DNA from: an uncultured Alistipes sp.
Lineage (GTDB): Bacteria > Bacteroidota > Bacteroidia > Bacteroidales > Rikenellaceae
Assembly (NCBI GenBank): GCA_964445055.1
Contig: CAYUJP010000001.1
Location: forward strand, 1-42,587
Length of the DNA stretch: 42,587 bases
Reading direction: 5' to 3'
Of this stretch, positions 19,171-30,413 are shown piece by piece. The translations under genes and the position numbers were made by a program. How positions within the stretch are numbered: the first letter of the stretch is position 1; each line of letters opens with the position of its first letter. The notes beneath the pieces were generated by a model. It saw nothing but the letters and a program-made list of their open reading frames with translations, ran no database searches and was not told the DNA's origin.

Positions 19171-21213
19171 TTAACCAACTATCGCTCCTGCATTGACCTT
19201 CTTATCGGGACCCAATAATACCAACTTTCCGTTTGCATCTTCACCCATAAGAATCATTCCTTGAGACTCAATTCCTTTCAGCAGACGAGGCTCCAAGTTG
19301 ACCAACACCAACACTTGCCGACCCACCAACTCCTCCGGCGAGAAATGCTCGGCAATACCCGAAACAATGACGCGTTTATCGATGCCTGTATCGACCGTCA
19401 ACTTCAAAAGTTTTTTGGTTTTCGCCACTTTCTCTGCCTCTAAGATTGTCGACACACGAATATCTACACGCTGGAAATCATCAAATGAGATGTTATCTTT
19501 CTGATTATCAATTGTTTCCGCCACATTCGCCGCCTCGTTAGCCGCCTTGGTCGCCGCCAATTTATCGAGTTGTGCCTGTATGACATCATCTTCAATCTTC
19601 TCAAAAAGGAGCTCCGGTGTAGCGATTGTATGGCCTGCGACAAGCAAATCCAATGCGCCAAACCGCTCCCAGTCAAATCGCTCTGCAGCAAGCATCTTCA
19701 ACAACTTTGTCGCAGTAAACGGCATAAACGGTTCCGCAACAATACTAAGACTCGCTGTAATCTGCAACGCCACATTCAGAATCGTCTTCACACGCTCAGC
19801 ATCGCTCTTAACCACCTTCCAAGGTTCGCTATCGGCCAGATACTTATTGCCGATTCGAGCGACAGTCATTACATCTTTCAGTGCCTCGCGGAAACGATAA
19901 TTCTCAATATTCTGTTCAATCGACGTTTTTACTGCACGCAACTCTGCTATCGTAGCTCGGTCGTAGTCGCTAAGTTCTCCACAGGCAGGCACTACCCCAC
20001 CGTAGTATTTCTGCGTAAGCACCAACGCCCGATTCACGAAATTTCCCAACACAGCGACCAACTCGTTGTTGTTGCGTGCCTGGAAATCTTTCCACGTAAA
20101 GTCGTTGTCTTTCGACTCCGGGGCATTGGCACACAGTACATAGCGCAAAACATCCTCTTTACCGGGGAACTCGTCGAGATACTCGTGTAGCCACACAGCC
20201 CAATTACGTGATGTAGATATTTTGTCGCCTTCGAGATTTAGGAACTCATTTGCAGGCACATTTTCCGGCAAAATATAGTCGCCATGCGCATGAAGCATCG
20301 CAGGGAAGACGATACAGTGAAAGACAATGTTGTCCTTGCCGATGAAATGTACGAGTTTGGTATCCTCGTCTTTCCAATATTTTTCCCAATCAGGAGTCAA
20401 CTCCTTTGTTGCAGATATGTAACCAATCGGGGCATCAAACCATACATAAAGTACCTTCCCCTCTGCACCATCGACCGGTACAGGGATACCCCAATCCAAA
20501 TCACGACTCACTGCACGGGGCTGAAGGCCCAAATCGAGCCAACTTTTGCACTGACCGTAGACATTAGGACGCCACTCCTTGTGTCCGTCAAGAATCCATC
20601 GACGGAGGAACTCCTCATAGCGGTCCAAAGGTAGATACCAGTGTTTCGTCTCCCGCTTGACCAGAGGGGAACCCGACAACATGCTGTGCGGTGCAATCAG
20701 TTCATCGGGTGAAAGTGTCGAACCGCACTTCTCGCACTGGTCGCCATATGCACGCTCATTTTGGCAATGAGGGCAAGTACCCACAATGTAACGATCTGCC
20801 AAGAACTGTTGTGCCTCCTCATCGTAGTATTGCATGGAGGTCTTCTCCACAAACTTTCCCTCGTTGTAGAGTTTCTTGAAAAAGTCCGATGCGGTCTGTG
20901 CATGCACCGGCGAAGAGGTGCGCGAGTAGATATCGAACGACATACCCAACCGTTCAAACGAACTCTTTATCAAGTTGTGATATCGGTCGATAATCTCACG
21001 TGGCGAAACGCCCTCTTTTCGAGCCTTGATGGTAATCGCAACGCCATGCTCGTCACTTCCACAGATTGACACGACATCACGTCCCCGCAATCGCAGGTAG
21101 CGAGTGTAAATGTCTGATGGGATGTACACACCTGCCAGGTGACCGATATGTACGGGACCATTGGCATAGGGCAACGCTGATGTTACCAAGTATCTTTTAT
21201 ATTCTTTAGCCAT
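19171..21213 (-). CDS. metG: Methionine--tRNA ligase
   Basis: [13 protein letters not shown], Zn knuckle [26 protein letters not shown], and a C-terminal tRNA-binding domain. Confidence 0.98.
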   Translation of the reverse strand: MAKEYKRYLVTSALPYANGPVHIGHLAGVYIPSDIYTRYLRLRGRDVVSICGSDEHGVAITIKARKEGVSPREIIDRYHNLIKSSFERLGMSFDIYSRTSSPVHAQTASDFFKKLYNEGKFVEKTSMQYYDEEAQQFLADRYIVGTCPHCQNERAYGDQCEKCGSTLSPDELIAPHSMLSGSPLVKRETKHWYLPLDRYEEFLRRWILDGHKEWRPNVYGQCKSWLDLGLQPRAVSRDLDWGIPVPVDGAEGKVLYVWFDAPIGYISATKELTPDWEKYWKDEDTKLVHFIGKDNIVFHCIVFPAMLHAHGDYILPENVPANEFLNLEGDKISTSRNWAVWLHEYLDEFPGKEDVLRYVLCANAPESKDNDFTWKDFQARNNNELVAVLGNFVNRALVLTQKYYGGVVPACGELSDYDRATIAELRAVKTSIEQNIENYRFREALKDVMTVARIGNKYLADSEPWKVVKSDAERVKTILNVALQITASLSIVAEPFMPFTATKLLKMLAAERFDWERFGALDLLVAGHTIATPELLFEKIEDDVIQAQLDKLAATKAANEAANVAETIDNQKDNISFDDFQRVDIRVSTILEAEKVAKTKKLLKLTVDTGIDKRVIVSGIAEHFSPEELVGRQVLVLVNLEPRLLKGIESQGMILMGEDANGKLVLLGPDKKVNAGAIVG

Positions 21214-21241
21214 CTCTACATTGTTTTCGGATATTTCGTTA

Positions 21242-21249
21242 CAAAATTA
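21242..21249 (-). promoter_or_regulatory. -7 promoter element (TAATTTTG) for metG-ilvE
   Basis: TAnnTTTG match on the minus strand about 28 nt upstream of the metG ATG. Confidence 0.6.
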
Positions 21250-21498
21250 CGAAAAGCTCCTCAAATTGCCTAAGAAAATAGCTGATTTTAGCCCTTACGC
21301 CTCTTTTGACACGCCGATATGAAGTGTGTTCCACGTGCAGACCCCGTCCTCTGCGGTTATGCACACCGAATGAGGTCGAGCATCACGACAATCCTATCGT
21401 CCCAAGATGTCGCCCTATGGGAAATGATCTATCCCGACAAGAGAAGCGATAGGTTCAATTTGCAAATTGCAAAATAGGGAATTATGAAAATAAATGCG

Positions 21499-21506
21499 TA
21501 CATTTG
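21499..21506 (+). promoter_or_regulatory. -7 promoter element (TACATTTG) for pgk
   Basis: TAnnTTTG match, with TTGC about 20 nt upstream. Confidence 0.65.
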
Positions 21507-21596
21507 CGCGATATGCAGAGTGTAACGCGCACTCCTGCCGGAAGAGATAAAGGAGACAATAGAGACAACTGATAATACATTAAATTTTCAATTATT

Positions 21597-22847
21597 ATGG
21601 TTACAATCGATTCTTACGATTTCAAAAACCAGCGTGCAATTGTTCGCGTAGACTTCAATGTGCCACTGGATGAGAATGGGAAAATCACCGATGACACACG
21701 TATTCGCGGTGCCCTTCCTACCCTCAAGAAGGTATTGGCCGATGGGGGCAGTCTGGTTATCATGTCGCACATGGGCAAGCCCAAAGGCAAGGTCAATGCA
21801 AAGTATTCGTTGAGCCAGATTGTCGATGCTGTCAGCGAGAAATTAGGGGTAGCTGTGAAGTTCGCTCCCGATTGCGCAAAGGCCGCTGAAGCAGCTGCAG
21901 CGCTGAAGGCCGGTGAGGTATTGATGCTCGAAAACCTTCGTTTCTATGCAGAAGAGGAGGGTAAACCGGTAGGTATCGAGAAGGAGGACCCCGCATACGA
22001 TGAGGCAAAGAAGGCCATGAAAGCTTCGCAGAAGGAGTTTGCCAAGACCTTGGCCTCTTACGCCGATTGCTACATCAACGACGCCTTCGGTACTGCACAC
22101 CGCAAGCATGCATCTACCGCAGTAATCGCCGACTACTTCGATGCTGACCACAAGATGCTCGGCTACCTTATGGAGAAAGAGGTAAAGGCCGTAGACAACA
22201 TCCTGAGCAATATTCGTCGCCCCTTCACGGCAATCATGGGTGGTTCGAAGGTGTCGACCAAAATCGGCATCATCGAGAATCTTATGGACAAGGTCGATAA
22301 CTTGATTCTCTGCGGAGGTATGACCTACACCTTTGCAAAGGCTCAAGGTGGTAAAATCGGCAAATCCATCTGCGAGGATGACAAACTCGATTTGGCACTC
22401 GACATCTTGGCAAAGGCCAAAGCCAAAGGAGTGAATCTCGTGTTGGGTAGCGACTGTGTAGCAGCCGATGACTTCTCAAACGATGCAAACACACAAATCT
22501 GCCAAGCAAACGACATTCCCGAAGGTTGGGAGGGTATGGATGCAGGACCCGACACACGCAAGGCTTTTGCCGAGGTGATTGAGGGCGCTAAAACCATTCT
22601 CTGGAACGGTCCTGCCGGTGTCTTCGAGTTCGATAAGTTTACCGACGGTTCGCGTGCCATTGCAGAGGCGATTGCCAAAGCTACGGCAAACGGAGCATTC
22701 TCGCTCATTGGTGGTGGCGACTCGGTAGCTTGCATCAACAAGTTCGGTATGGCAGACCAAGTATCTTACATCTCCACCGGTGGTGGCGCCCTGCTTGAGG
22801 CTATCGAGGGCAAGGAACTTCCGGGTGTTGCTGCCATTCGTAAGTAG
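21597..22847 (+). CDS. pgk: Phosphoglycerate kinase
   Basis: [42 protein letters not shown] and STGGGA motifs. Confidence 0.98.
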   Translation: MVTIDSYDFKNQRAIVRVDFNVPLDENGKITDDTRIRGALPTLKKVLADGGSLVIMSHMGKPKGKVNAKYSLSQIVDAVSEKLGVAVKFAPDCAKAAEAAAALKAGEVLMLENLRFYAEEEGKPVGIEKEDPAYDEAKKAMKASQKEFAKTLASYADCYINDAFGTAHRKHASTAVIADYFDADHKMLGYLMEKEVKAVDNILSNIRRPFTAIMGGSKVSTKIGIIENLMDKVDNLILCGGMTYTFAKAQGGKIGKSICEDDKLDLALDILAKAKAKGVNLVLGSDCVAADDFSNDANTQICQANDIPEGWEGMDAGPDTRKAFAEVIEGAKTILWNGPAGVFEFDKFTDGSRAIAEAIAKATANGAFSLIGGGDSVACINKFGMADQVSYISTGGGALLEAIEGKELPGVAAIRK

Positions 22848-22878
22848 GATTTCGTTCGTTTACTCACGAATCAAACAA

Positions 22879-22909
22879 GGAAAGAGTTGCCCAACAGGCA
22901 ACTCTTTCC
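22879..22909 (+). terminator. Hairpin after pgk (terminator or mRNA-stabilising stem)
   Basis: GGAAAGAGTTGCC / GGCAACTCTTTCC form a 13-bp stem with only a weak U-tract. Confidence 0.55.
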
Positions 22910-22972
22910 CACTAAAAACAGGGCGAGAGTGGTCGTTTCAATCGAGCCTTCTCGTCACCTAATTTCAAAACA

Positions 22973-25015
22973 ATGAAACGTATAATCATCCTTGCAACGC
23001 TTGCGTGTACGATGAGCTGCAACCAAAAATCAACCAAAATTCCGGCAATAGACCCCACTAATTTTGATGTGGCGATTGCTCCCAATGAAGACTTCTACCA
23101 GTATGCTACGGGAGGCTGGCAGGAGAAGAACCCGTTGAAAGATGAATTTTCGCGCTATGGGTCGTTTGATGTACTCCGCGAGAACAACGAGGTTCGTATC
23201 AACGAACTTTTCCAAGCGATGACAAAATCGCAGAGCAAAGAGGGCACCGTCGACCGAAAGATTGCCGACCTCTACAAGATGGGGCTCGACTCTGTACGAC
23301 TCAATCAAGAGGGCGCTTCGCCCCTTCAATCAGACCTCGCTACCCTACTTGCTGTCGAGAAAGGAGACTCACTGACTCGCATACTCTCTAAGGTGATGGT
23401 CGATGCCTGTGCTCCACTCTTTGGATTTGCAGTAGAGGCCGATCTTAAGGAGAGTAGCACCAATGCCTTCTATCTCGGACAGAGCGGACTGGGTATGGGC
23501 AATCGCGACTACTACATCGACCCGACCAACGCAGCGATGAAGAGTGGCTACACAGCCTACCTAAACAAAGTCTTCACCCTTGCCGGCATAGACGCCACAA
23601 CGGCCGATGAGTATGCTACGAAGGTGGTCGATTTCGAGACCAAATTGGCAGAGATATCGTGGTCAAATGTAGAGTTGCGTGATACCGAACGTAGCTACAA
23701 CCCCAAAAGTCTCAACGAACTGAATGCACTTTGCGGCAATATCAATTGGACACTCTTCTTCGAGGAACTCGAGAAAGAGGGAGCCAAAGGGGTCGACCGC
23801 GTGATTGTCGGTCAACCGAGCTACTTCGAGAAGCTGAACAACTTGCTCACAGAGACCCCTATTGAGACTTTGCGCTACTACTTGGTTGCGCAATATATCA
23901 GCAGTGCGGCAGCATACCTCAGCGACGACTTCTATGCCGCATCGTTCGACTTCTTCGGGCGTCAAATGGCAGGCAAGAAGGAGCAACAACCTCGTTGGAA
24001 ACGCGCCATGTCCGTACCCAACGGTGTGTTGGGCGAAGCGGTTGGCAAAATGTATGTCTCGAAATACTTCTCCGAGAAGGACAAAGAGCGCATGGTGACG
24101 CTCGTAGGAAATCTACAGAAGGCGCTCAGCAAGCACATCGCATCCCTCGACTGGATGTCGGAGCAGACGAAGGTCAAGGCACAAGAGAAACTTGCTACCT
24201 TCCATGTAAAAATCGGCTATCCCGACAAGTGGAAGGACTACTCCTCTCTTGAAATCGACCCCTCGCTGAGCTATTGGGAGAACATCAAGGCGGCATCGCG
24301 TTGGCACACCATCGACAACCTCACCGACTATGGCAAGGCCGTCGACCGCGACAAGTGGCTCATGACCCCTCAAACGGTCAATGCTTACTACAATCCGACA
24401 ACCAATGAAATTTGTTTCCCTGCAGCTATTCTGCAACCTCCTTTCTACAATCCCGATGCCGATGATGCCGTCAACTATGGTGCTATCGGCGTTGTCATCG
24501 GACATGAGATGACCCATGGATTCGACGACCAAGGACGCAACTTCGATAAGGATGGAAACATGAACAACTGGTGGACCGAAGAGGATGCCGAAGCCTTCAC
24601 GGCAAAGACAGCAACCTTAGTAAAGCAGTTCGATGCCATCGAGGTGCTTCCCGCTCAAAACGACCAGCCCGCCATCTTCGCAAACGGTGCACTCTGTCTG
24701 GGTGAGAACATTGCCGATCAAGGAGGCCTAAGAATCGCTTACACGGCTCTTCACGACTCCTTTGAGGGTAAGGACGCCCCCCAGCCCATCGGCGATTTTA
24801 CGGCCGATCAGCGCTTTTATTTGGCATATGCACAGATATGGGCACAAAACATCCGCGATGAGGAGATTGCCCGCCTGACAAAAATCGACGTCCATTCGCT
24901 TGGAAAGTGGCGCGTAGATGCAACCCTACGCAACCTACAGACCTTCTACGATGCATTCAACATCACCGAAGGCGCCATGTTCCTGCCCGAATCGGAGCGG
25001 GTTGTCATCTGGTAA
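22973..25015 (+). CDS. pepO: M13 family metalloendopeptidase (PepO/neprilysin-like), lipoprotein
   Basis: Lipobox TMS-C, DFYQYATGGW, VNAYY, HEMTH zinc motif and GENIAD. Confidence 0.93.
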   Translation: MKRIIILATLACTMSCNQKSTKIPAIDPTNFDVAIAPNEDFYQYATGGWQEKNPLKDEFSRYGSFDVLRENNEVRINELFQAMTKSQSKEGTVDRKIADLYKMGLDSVRLNQEGASPLQSDLATLLAVEKGDSLTRILSKVMVDACAPLFGFAVEADLKESSTNAFYLGQSGLGMGNRDYYIDPTNAAMKSGYTAYLNKVFTLAGIDATTADEYATKVVDFETKLAEISWSNVELRDTERSYNPKSLNELNALCGNINWTLFFEELEKEGAKGVDRVIVGQPSYFEKLNNLLTETPIETLRYYLVAQYISSAAAYLSDDFYAASFDFFGRQMAGKKEQQPRWKRAMSVPNGVLGEAVGKMYVSKYFSEKDKERMVTLVGNLQKALSKHIASLDWMSEQTKVKAQEKLATFHVKIGYPDKWKDYSSLEIDPSLSYWENIKAASRWHTIDNLTDYGKAVDRDKWLMTPQTVNAYYNPTTNEICFPAAILQPPFYNPDADDAVNYGAIGVVIGHEMTHGFDDQGRNFDKDGNMNNWWTEEDAEAFTAKTATLVKQFDAIEVLPAQNDQPAIFANGALCLGENIADQGGLRIAYTALHDSFEGKDAPQPIGDFTADQRFYLAYAQIWAQNIRDEEIARLTKIDVHSLGKWRVDATLRNLQTFYDAFNITEGAMFLPESERVVIW

Positions 25016-25033
25016 TACGCTCTTCGTAACTTT

Positions 25034-25072
25034 GCGAGGCGGCTCTTTTGAAAGGGTCGCCTCGCTTTTTTT
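25034..25072 (+). terminator. Intrinsic terminator of the M13 peptidase gene
   Basis: GCGAGGCGGCTCTTT / AAAGGGTCGCCTCGC stem followed by T7. Confidence 0.88.
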
Positions 25073-25244
25073 GCATGTCTCCCTATCGAATAGTGTAATC
25101 CTACCGACATTCCTCGTTTCGCGCTTCAGATAGCCACAGACAAGACTCTTGCAGACAAGATGAACAACGAGCAACCTCCTTGATAAGAATTTCCCCTGTC
25201 GAACACCACCCTTTCGGCGACAATCACACACATTGTATCGTAAA

Positions 25245-25279
25245 GAAAGAGGGTCCCTCATGATGAGAAACCCTCCTTC
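25245..25279 (-). terminator. Intrinsic terminator of the susC operon
   Basis: Minus strand reads GAGGGUUUCUCA-UCA-UGAGGGACCCUC then UUUCUUU. Confidence 0.7.
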
Positions 25280-25297
25280 AGAAAGATTTATAATGGA

Positions 25298-26578
25298 CTA
25301 CCGTGTAAACGATGTAATATCTTTATACGTTACAAATCCACCCGCATAAGAGCCACTGGAAAAGGCTGCACATTGGAAACCCGACACCGTGGAACTTCCC
25401 AATACTCCGTTATCCTCAGCCGTCAGCACTCCATCAGCCGTCAGCACCAGATTGTATCCTACGCCTTCGGCCCATGTAATATTCGAATTGTTGTTATATA
25501 ATGGGGCAATAATTATATCATATGAACCGTAAGTTCCCCATTCAAAGGTTGTCAATGACAATGTTGCCGTATCGTCACTCTCGCTGTAACCCAACTCGAT
25601 GCCACTGAATTTCCATCCGTCCATCAAGATAGTCTTACCCTTCTCACCCTCTCTGAAGGTTACGGAGAGTGTCGACGAACTATTGTAGTTCATGGTCCAT
25701 GCTCCAAGGAAGTAGGCATAGCTGAACCACTTCTGCTTCACAGAGAATGTTGCCAACACTGTGTTGCCACTCTTCACCTGCACCTCTCCGCTACGGGTAG
25801 CTCCCGTGGTGTTCTCCGATACCCCAACGGTGAAACCGGCATCACTCTTGCTCACGGTTACCCAATCGACTGTCGACGATACCGTCCAATCTGTGGTCAC
25901 CATGGCAAGGAACTCGGTAGGAACAACCTCCGTTGTCTGCACATCGCTATCAAACGACACCTCCGTTTGGTCAAACAAAGCTACCGTCTCCTGCGAAACG
26001 ACTACCTCAACAGGTTTCCATCCTGCAGTGATGGTAACAGTAGTTGTACGAGGACTCTCGAAGTTGATATCGCCCGTCAGTGCCACCACACGCTTCTCTG
26101 TATCAACTGTAGCATGCAACCACGAGGCATCAGCGGGAATGGTTACCACAGGTGCACCCGACTGCGTAGCATCGTAAGCAACCTCCGTAGCCTCACGTCC
26201 CGAAGGGTCTACCGTCACCTCGTCGCCATCTACAAAGAACGACGAACCCTTCTGTGTAATGGTGACTTCGCAACTTGCCGTACCGGCAACAAGAGTCAGG
26301 CTGGCGCTACGATAGAGCGCCCCCTCATATTCATCAACCGTGTAGGCCACCTGCTCGTTGTTTGCGGAGGTCACCGTGAGCCACTCTTGGTTGGAGGTGA
26401 CACTCACCGAAGCCTCGTTGGTCCGCAAGGTAATCGTACCCGAACCTCCCACCGATTCAAAACCAACATCTGATGTCAGTATCTCCAACGATGATGCGAC
26501 ATCGTTGTCATCGTTGCTACACCCCGTGTAGAAGAGCGCGCCCACAACGGCAAATAGCACTAAATAGAATTTCTTCAT
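25298..26578 (-). CDS. BACON-domain surface lipoprotein
   Basis: Lipobox YTG-C then SNDDND. There are about three BACON-like repeats (W(L/V)xV...N...R...I/V.Q). Alternative start at 26584. Confidence 0.8.
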   Translation of the reverse strand: MKKFYLVLFAVVGALFYTGCSNDDNDVASSLEILTSDVGFESVGGSGTITLRTNEASVSVTSNQEWLTVTSANNEQVAYTVDEYEGALYRSASLTLVAGTASCEVTITQKGSSFFVDGDEVTVDPSGREATEVAYDATQSGAPVVTIPADASWLHATVDTEKRVVALTGDINFESPRTTTVTITAGWKPVEVVVSQETVALFDQTEVSFDSDVQTTEVVPTEFLAMVTTDWTVSSTVDWVTVSKSDAGFTVGVSENTTGATRSGEVQVKSGNTVLATFSVKQKWFSYAYFLGAWTMNYNSSSTLSVTFREGEKGKTILMDGWKFSGIELGYSESDDTATLSLTTFEWGTYGSYDIIIAPLYNNNSNITWAEGVGYNLVLTADGVLTAEDNGVLGSSTVSGFQCAAFSSGSYAGGFVTYKDITSFTR

Positions 26579-26593
26579 AATCATAACTCTTTT

Positions 26594-27931
26594 TTACAAC
26601 TTTGTCAAACTATTCAAGTACGGTATTTGCAGGACGTTTCCCTTGCTGGTACTCGAAGAGGCAGCCTGTGTAGAGAATGCGCGTATCAAGATACTATTGA
26701 CCGTATAGGCACCCCACTTCCCGTTATCCTCAAAGGTAAGCTCCAAATGGTCGGCGTCACCGTTGTGTTGCAGAATCATACCTATCGAAGATGACCAAGT
26801 CAAGTAACCGGCATTTGCATCCCACATACATGCCCAAGCATAGTAGCTACCATAACGCCCGATATATTGTGCATTCAACGAGAGGGAGCAATCTGCTTTC
26901 GAATAATCCAACTCAAACTCAAACGGAACCGAGTTGTAGCTAATGCCCGTCATTGTGTAGGACTTCAGGTGCTCCTTTTCCGCAAGTTTCACGGTATAGG
27001 TTTTAGCACCGTTGTAGTAGGTCAGGGTGTAATCACCCAAGAATTTGTCGTAGTGAATGAAGTTATCGCAATGGAAACCCGAAAGCTTTACCTCTGTCGG
27101 CGCACCGGAGGAGGCAACAGCATCGGTAGAGACAAATGCCCCATCTTCCCACTTAAATTGGCTCACCGTAACCCCGTTGATGGTCTGTGCCTGATAGAAA
27201 GCGATACCATCAGATGTAAAGGCATAGGGAATCTCCACATACTCGCCGTCCTTATCACCTGTAGGATAGTAAATCATGATGTTACTGCTATCGTCATCGT
27301 ACAACTCCGGAGCGGTAGCATCCTCTGTCAGCGTGCCATCGTTCCAGGTATATCCCATGTAGAGTTGGTCGTTCACATCATTCTGGATATCGACAATACG
27401 CTGAACACTCGATACGATATCCTCCTCCAATGCGGTGAAGACAATCCGGTTGCCCGTCTTGATGCCTCGGAAGATCATCTCCTGCTCGTTGCCACTGACA
27501 TAAGCAAACTCAAAATCTCCATCGTATGCATTCGTGCTGAAGTAGTCGGGATCCGACCAATAGTGGATATAATCGTTGTAGGTGTCGAATGTCAACAACA
27601 CGCTCGACGACGAGTTGATGGAGTAGTGGCTGGTGATGGTCTGTGCCACATCGCCTGTAAGCTCCTGTGCCACTTCACCCGTAACGGTTACATCGCCATT
27701 TGACTCAAACTTAGCCGCGTAGGAGCTACCTCCATAGTATTGGTTCTCCGAAGGGTAGTAGCGAATCAACCACCCGTATTGAGCCGATGTAAGCAACTGT
27801 TTACACTCTGCCATGCGTTGCTCCACACGATCCGAAGCCGGGACATCGAACACCTCATCTACCTCGGTGGTGCAGGCGATAGGAGCCATTGCGAGCAACG
27901 AGAACAGACCTGCATATAGTAATTTTTTCAT
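26594..27931 (-). CDS. DUF4302-domain lipoprotein
   Basis: Lipobox PIA-C and FD..AS.R...L.SA..GW...YYP...GG...LTFDTYN..IH..SDP...GDFEF pattern. Confidence 0.82.
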   Translation of the reverse strand: MKKLLYAGLFSLLAMAPIACTTEVDEVFDVPASDRVEQRMAECKQLLTSAQYGWLIRYYPSENQYYGGSSYAAKFESNGDVTVTGEVAQELTGDVAQTITSHYSINSSSSVLLTFDTYNDYIHYWSDPDYFSTNAYDGDFEFAYVSGNEQEMIFRGIKTGNRIVFTALEEDIVSSVQRIVDIQNDVNDQLYMGYTWNDGTLTEDATAPELYDDDSSNIMIYYPTGDKDGEYVEIPYAFTSDGIAFYQAQTINGVTVSQFKWEDGAFVSTDAVASSGAPTEVKLSGFHCDNFIHYDKFLGDYTLTYYNGAKTYTVKLAEKEHLKSYTMTGISYNSVPFEFELDYSKADCSLSLNAQYIGRYGSYYAWACMWDANAGYLTWSSSIGMILQHNGDADHLELTFEDNGKWGAYTVNSILIRAFSTQAASSSTSKGNVLQIPYLNSLTKL

Positions 27932-27939
27932 ACGTAAAA

Positions 27940-28866
27940 TCAGTTAAAGTTAGACCAATCAATGTACTCGATATCGTTATAACGACGTGCCAAAGCTGCG
28001 CGCATTTCATCGATATCGATATTCCACGTATCCTTCATGTAGCTTCTCACAATGGAAAGTTTACGCTCGATGCGGTCGGCACCCTCGGTACCTGCTTGTT
28101 GCAACTTTGCATTCCACTGCGCATCTGTCCACGAGAGATAGTAGGAGTAGACCTCTACGAAGTCATCATTGGAGTTTGACGATGCATAGGGCGATACGAA
28201 ACCTTTGACTGCGGCTTCCGCCTCGGTGAGTGTATTCCACTGCGCCGAGTAGTCGCCTTTGGAGATAAGGTTGTAATCTGTCGTGAAACTCTTCTTCTGA
28301 TTGAGGATGTGTGCAAACTCATGGTGGATGGTATGCAGATAGTAGTAGTTGAATCGGTCTACATTGGTAACACGTACTTTATAGCCATCCGTCTCATCTA
28401 CTCCATTGGTATAGATGATATCTACGAAGTTCTCCAACCAGTTGCCTACATAGAGGGTAATCTTGAGTCCACCCTCCGCGGTACCAATAGTGATGGTGCC
28501 ACTGGAGTTGTAGGCTCCCGAACCAATAACCTGAATCACACGAGGCGAATACTCGCGCATGAAGTGTACATCCGATACCTCCGTATAGGGGTCAATCCAC
28601 AAGTAGCGGATAGCCTTTGCCAAAATACGGCTGTAGAGCTCACGGGCGGGAACCAAGTCATAAGACATAGTGGTCTCGATATCTTGGTAACGATACAAGA
28701 AACGAATGTTGTAGGGGGCACGATAGTTACTCTCGAGCCATTTATCAAAGTCCGTCTCCTCATTGACTGAATCCTTGATGACACTTGTGTCGCTCAGACT
28801 GTCATCGTCGCAGGCTGCAAACATCAAGCCGGCAAAAAGGAAGGTGATATATAACAGTTTTTTCAT
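27940..28866 (-). CDS. Putative zinc-binding metallopeptidase lipoprotein (import-associated zinc metallohydrolase type)
   Basis: Lipobox FAA-C, GTAEGGLKI, HHEFAHILNQ (HExxH) and GFVSPYA...DDFVE. Confidence 0.85.
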   Translation of the reverse strand: MKKLLYITFLFAGLMFAACDDDSLSDTSVIKDSVNEETDFDKWLESNYRAPYNIRFLYRYQDIETTMSYDLVPARELYSRILAKAIRYLWIDPYTEVSDVHFMREYSPRVIQVIGSGAYNSSGTITIGTAEGGLKITLYVGNWLENFVDIIYTNGVDETDGYKVRVTNVDRFNYYYLHTIHHEFAHILNQKKSFTTDYNLISKGDYSAQWNTLTEAEAAVKGFVSPYASSNSNDDFVEVYSYYLSWTDAQWNAKLQQAGTEGADRIERKLSIVRSYMKDTWNIDIDEMRAALARRYNDIEYIDWSNFN

Positions 28867-28889
28867 AACCTCTTTTCTATTTTTATCTA

Positions 28890-30395
28890 CTATCGGGGAT
28901 TTTCTGTCATGCCGGCAGATGCCACATTGCCCGGAATCTGAATGGCAAGTCGTTTGTCGTAAGGCTCAATCTCAATGTTAGTAGCTCCGTCGCACACATG
29001 TGTGTAAGCGATACCATAACGTTTGAGATCCTGCAAGCGCGTACCCTCCTGAGCCGCTGCAATACGACGGGCATGCAGACAAGCCTGCAACAGAGGAATC
29101 TGCAACCCATCATCCACCAAGGTAAAGCGTGGTGCGAGGTCGCGACAGTAGGTTGCACCGGTCGAACTGGTGTAGAAATCAGCAATCTGCTGCGCTGTGA
29201 GTGAGGTATTGGCACCACCTTGACGATAGAAGTAATTCAAATCCGTAGCAGCAGCATCGTACTCCTGAAGCAGTACATGAGCCTCAGCACGGTCGAGAAT
29301 TGTCTTCTCGGTAGTGTAGGGCACCAACACTACATAACAGTAACCGATACCCTGTGCAACATCGGTGTACGTAAAGTACTCGTTGTTCTTCGGGAAGAAA
29401 TAGGAGCGGCTGGAGTAGGCATAGATTGTGTTATAGTTCGTCAATGTCGTACCCCAAGGACCCTGGCTGCGGTTAATCTCTGCCAACAACTGGAAATCGG
29501 TAATGTAACGGTATGGGCGGAAACGACCCAGGTAAGAACGGGCTCCTTGTATGAAGAAGTTTGCCGCCTCATCGGATGCCACATAGGCATTGGTGTACTC
29601 CGTTGACGACGTTCCGGTAAAGAGCGTCCAATCGCGGAAGAGCGATGTGGGATTCTCACCAATGGCTGCCGTTGCATACGATACAGCCTTGTCGTACTTG
29701 CCGTAGTAGAGATAGAACTGTGCGGCAAAAGCGTTGGCAGCCTTCGCATTGAAGTGATACTTGGGCTTCGAGTAGCTCGAATCGTCAATCAAACCGATGC
29801 CGGCCTCTATATCCTGTGCAATTTTTGCATAGACATCGGCCACCGTACCACGCTCGTACTCACCGAACACCGTATCCTCCACCTTCGTCACGTAAGGTAT
29901 ACCCAAATCCGTTGTACTTGATTCGGGATTATATGCTTGGCAGAAGGTATTACAGAGAGTGAAGTGTGCATAGGCACGGCAAAGCAAAGCCTCGCCACGC
30001 TGTGCATCCAACTCTTCGCCGCCACCCAACTCATCAATAGCCTCCAAAGCGCTGTTTGCCGCAGCAATAGCCGAGTAGTTATCCTCCCAGATAGCCTCAG
30101 GGCTATCGTTACTTGTTGATGTAACCGTCTTAAAGAGATAACTCTCCTGCAGAATATCGAGATAGGTGGAGTAGCTCTTACCCGAGTCGGTGATATTATC
30201 CGACATCAACTCCTGCATCAATGCCGGGAGTGTACTCGAATAGGCCGACACCAACACCATCGACACTTTGTCTTCGGTATCTATCTCTGTACGGTTATCG
30301 GGCAACTCATCCAAAAAGCTATTGCAAGAGAAGAGCGTTGCAGGAATCGCCAACAGTAGGGCGAACTTGCGAGTCTTGTTATATAGGGTTCTCAT
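28890..30395 (-). CDS. SusD/RagB family nutrient-binding lipoprotein
   Basis: Lipobox LFS-C..FLDELPD, GEALLCRAYAHF, Y..I..D, RAEA and EGTRLQDLKR; directly downstream of susC. Alternative start at 30410. Confidence 0.92.
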   Translation of the reverse strand: MRTLYNKTRKFALLLAIPATLFSCNSFLDELPDNRTEIDTEDKVSMVLVSAYSSTLPALMQELMSDNITDSGKSYSTYLDILQESYLFKTVTSTSNDSPEAIWEDNYSAIAAANSALEAIDELGGGEELDAQRGEALLCRAYAHFTLCNTFCQAYNPESSTTDLGIPYVTKVEDTVFGEYERGTVADVYAKIAQDIEAGIGLIDDSSYSKPKYHFNAKAANAFAAQFYLYYGKYDKAVSYATAAIGENPTSLFRDWTLFTGTSSTEYTNAYVASDEAANFFIQGARSYLGRFRPYRYITDFQLLAEINRSQGPWGTTLTNYNTIYAYSSRSYFFPKNNEYFTYTDVAQGIGYCYVVLVPYTTEKTILDRAEAHVLLQEYDAAATDLNYFYRQGGANTSLTAQQIADFYTSSTGATYCRDLAPRFTLVDDGLQIPLLQACLHARRIAAAQEGTRLQDLKRYGIAYTHVCDGATNIEIEPYDKRLAIQIPGNVASAGMTENPR

Positions 30396-30413
30396 AGTGA
30401 TATTTATCATTTT

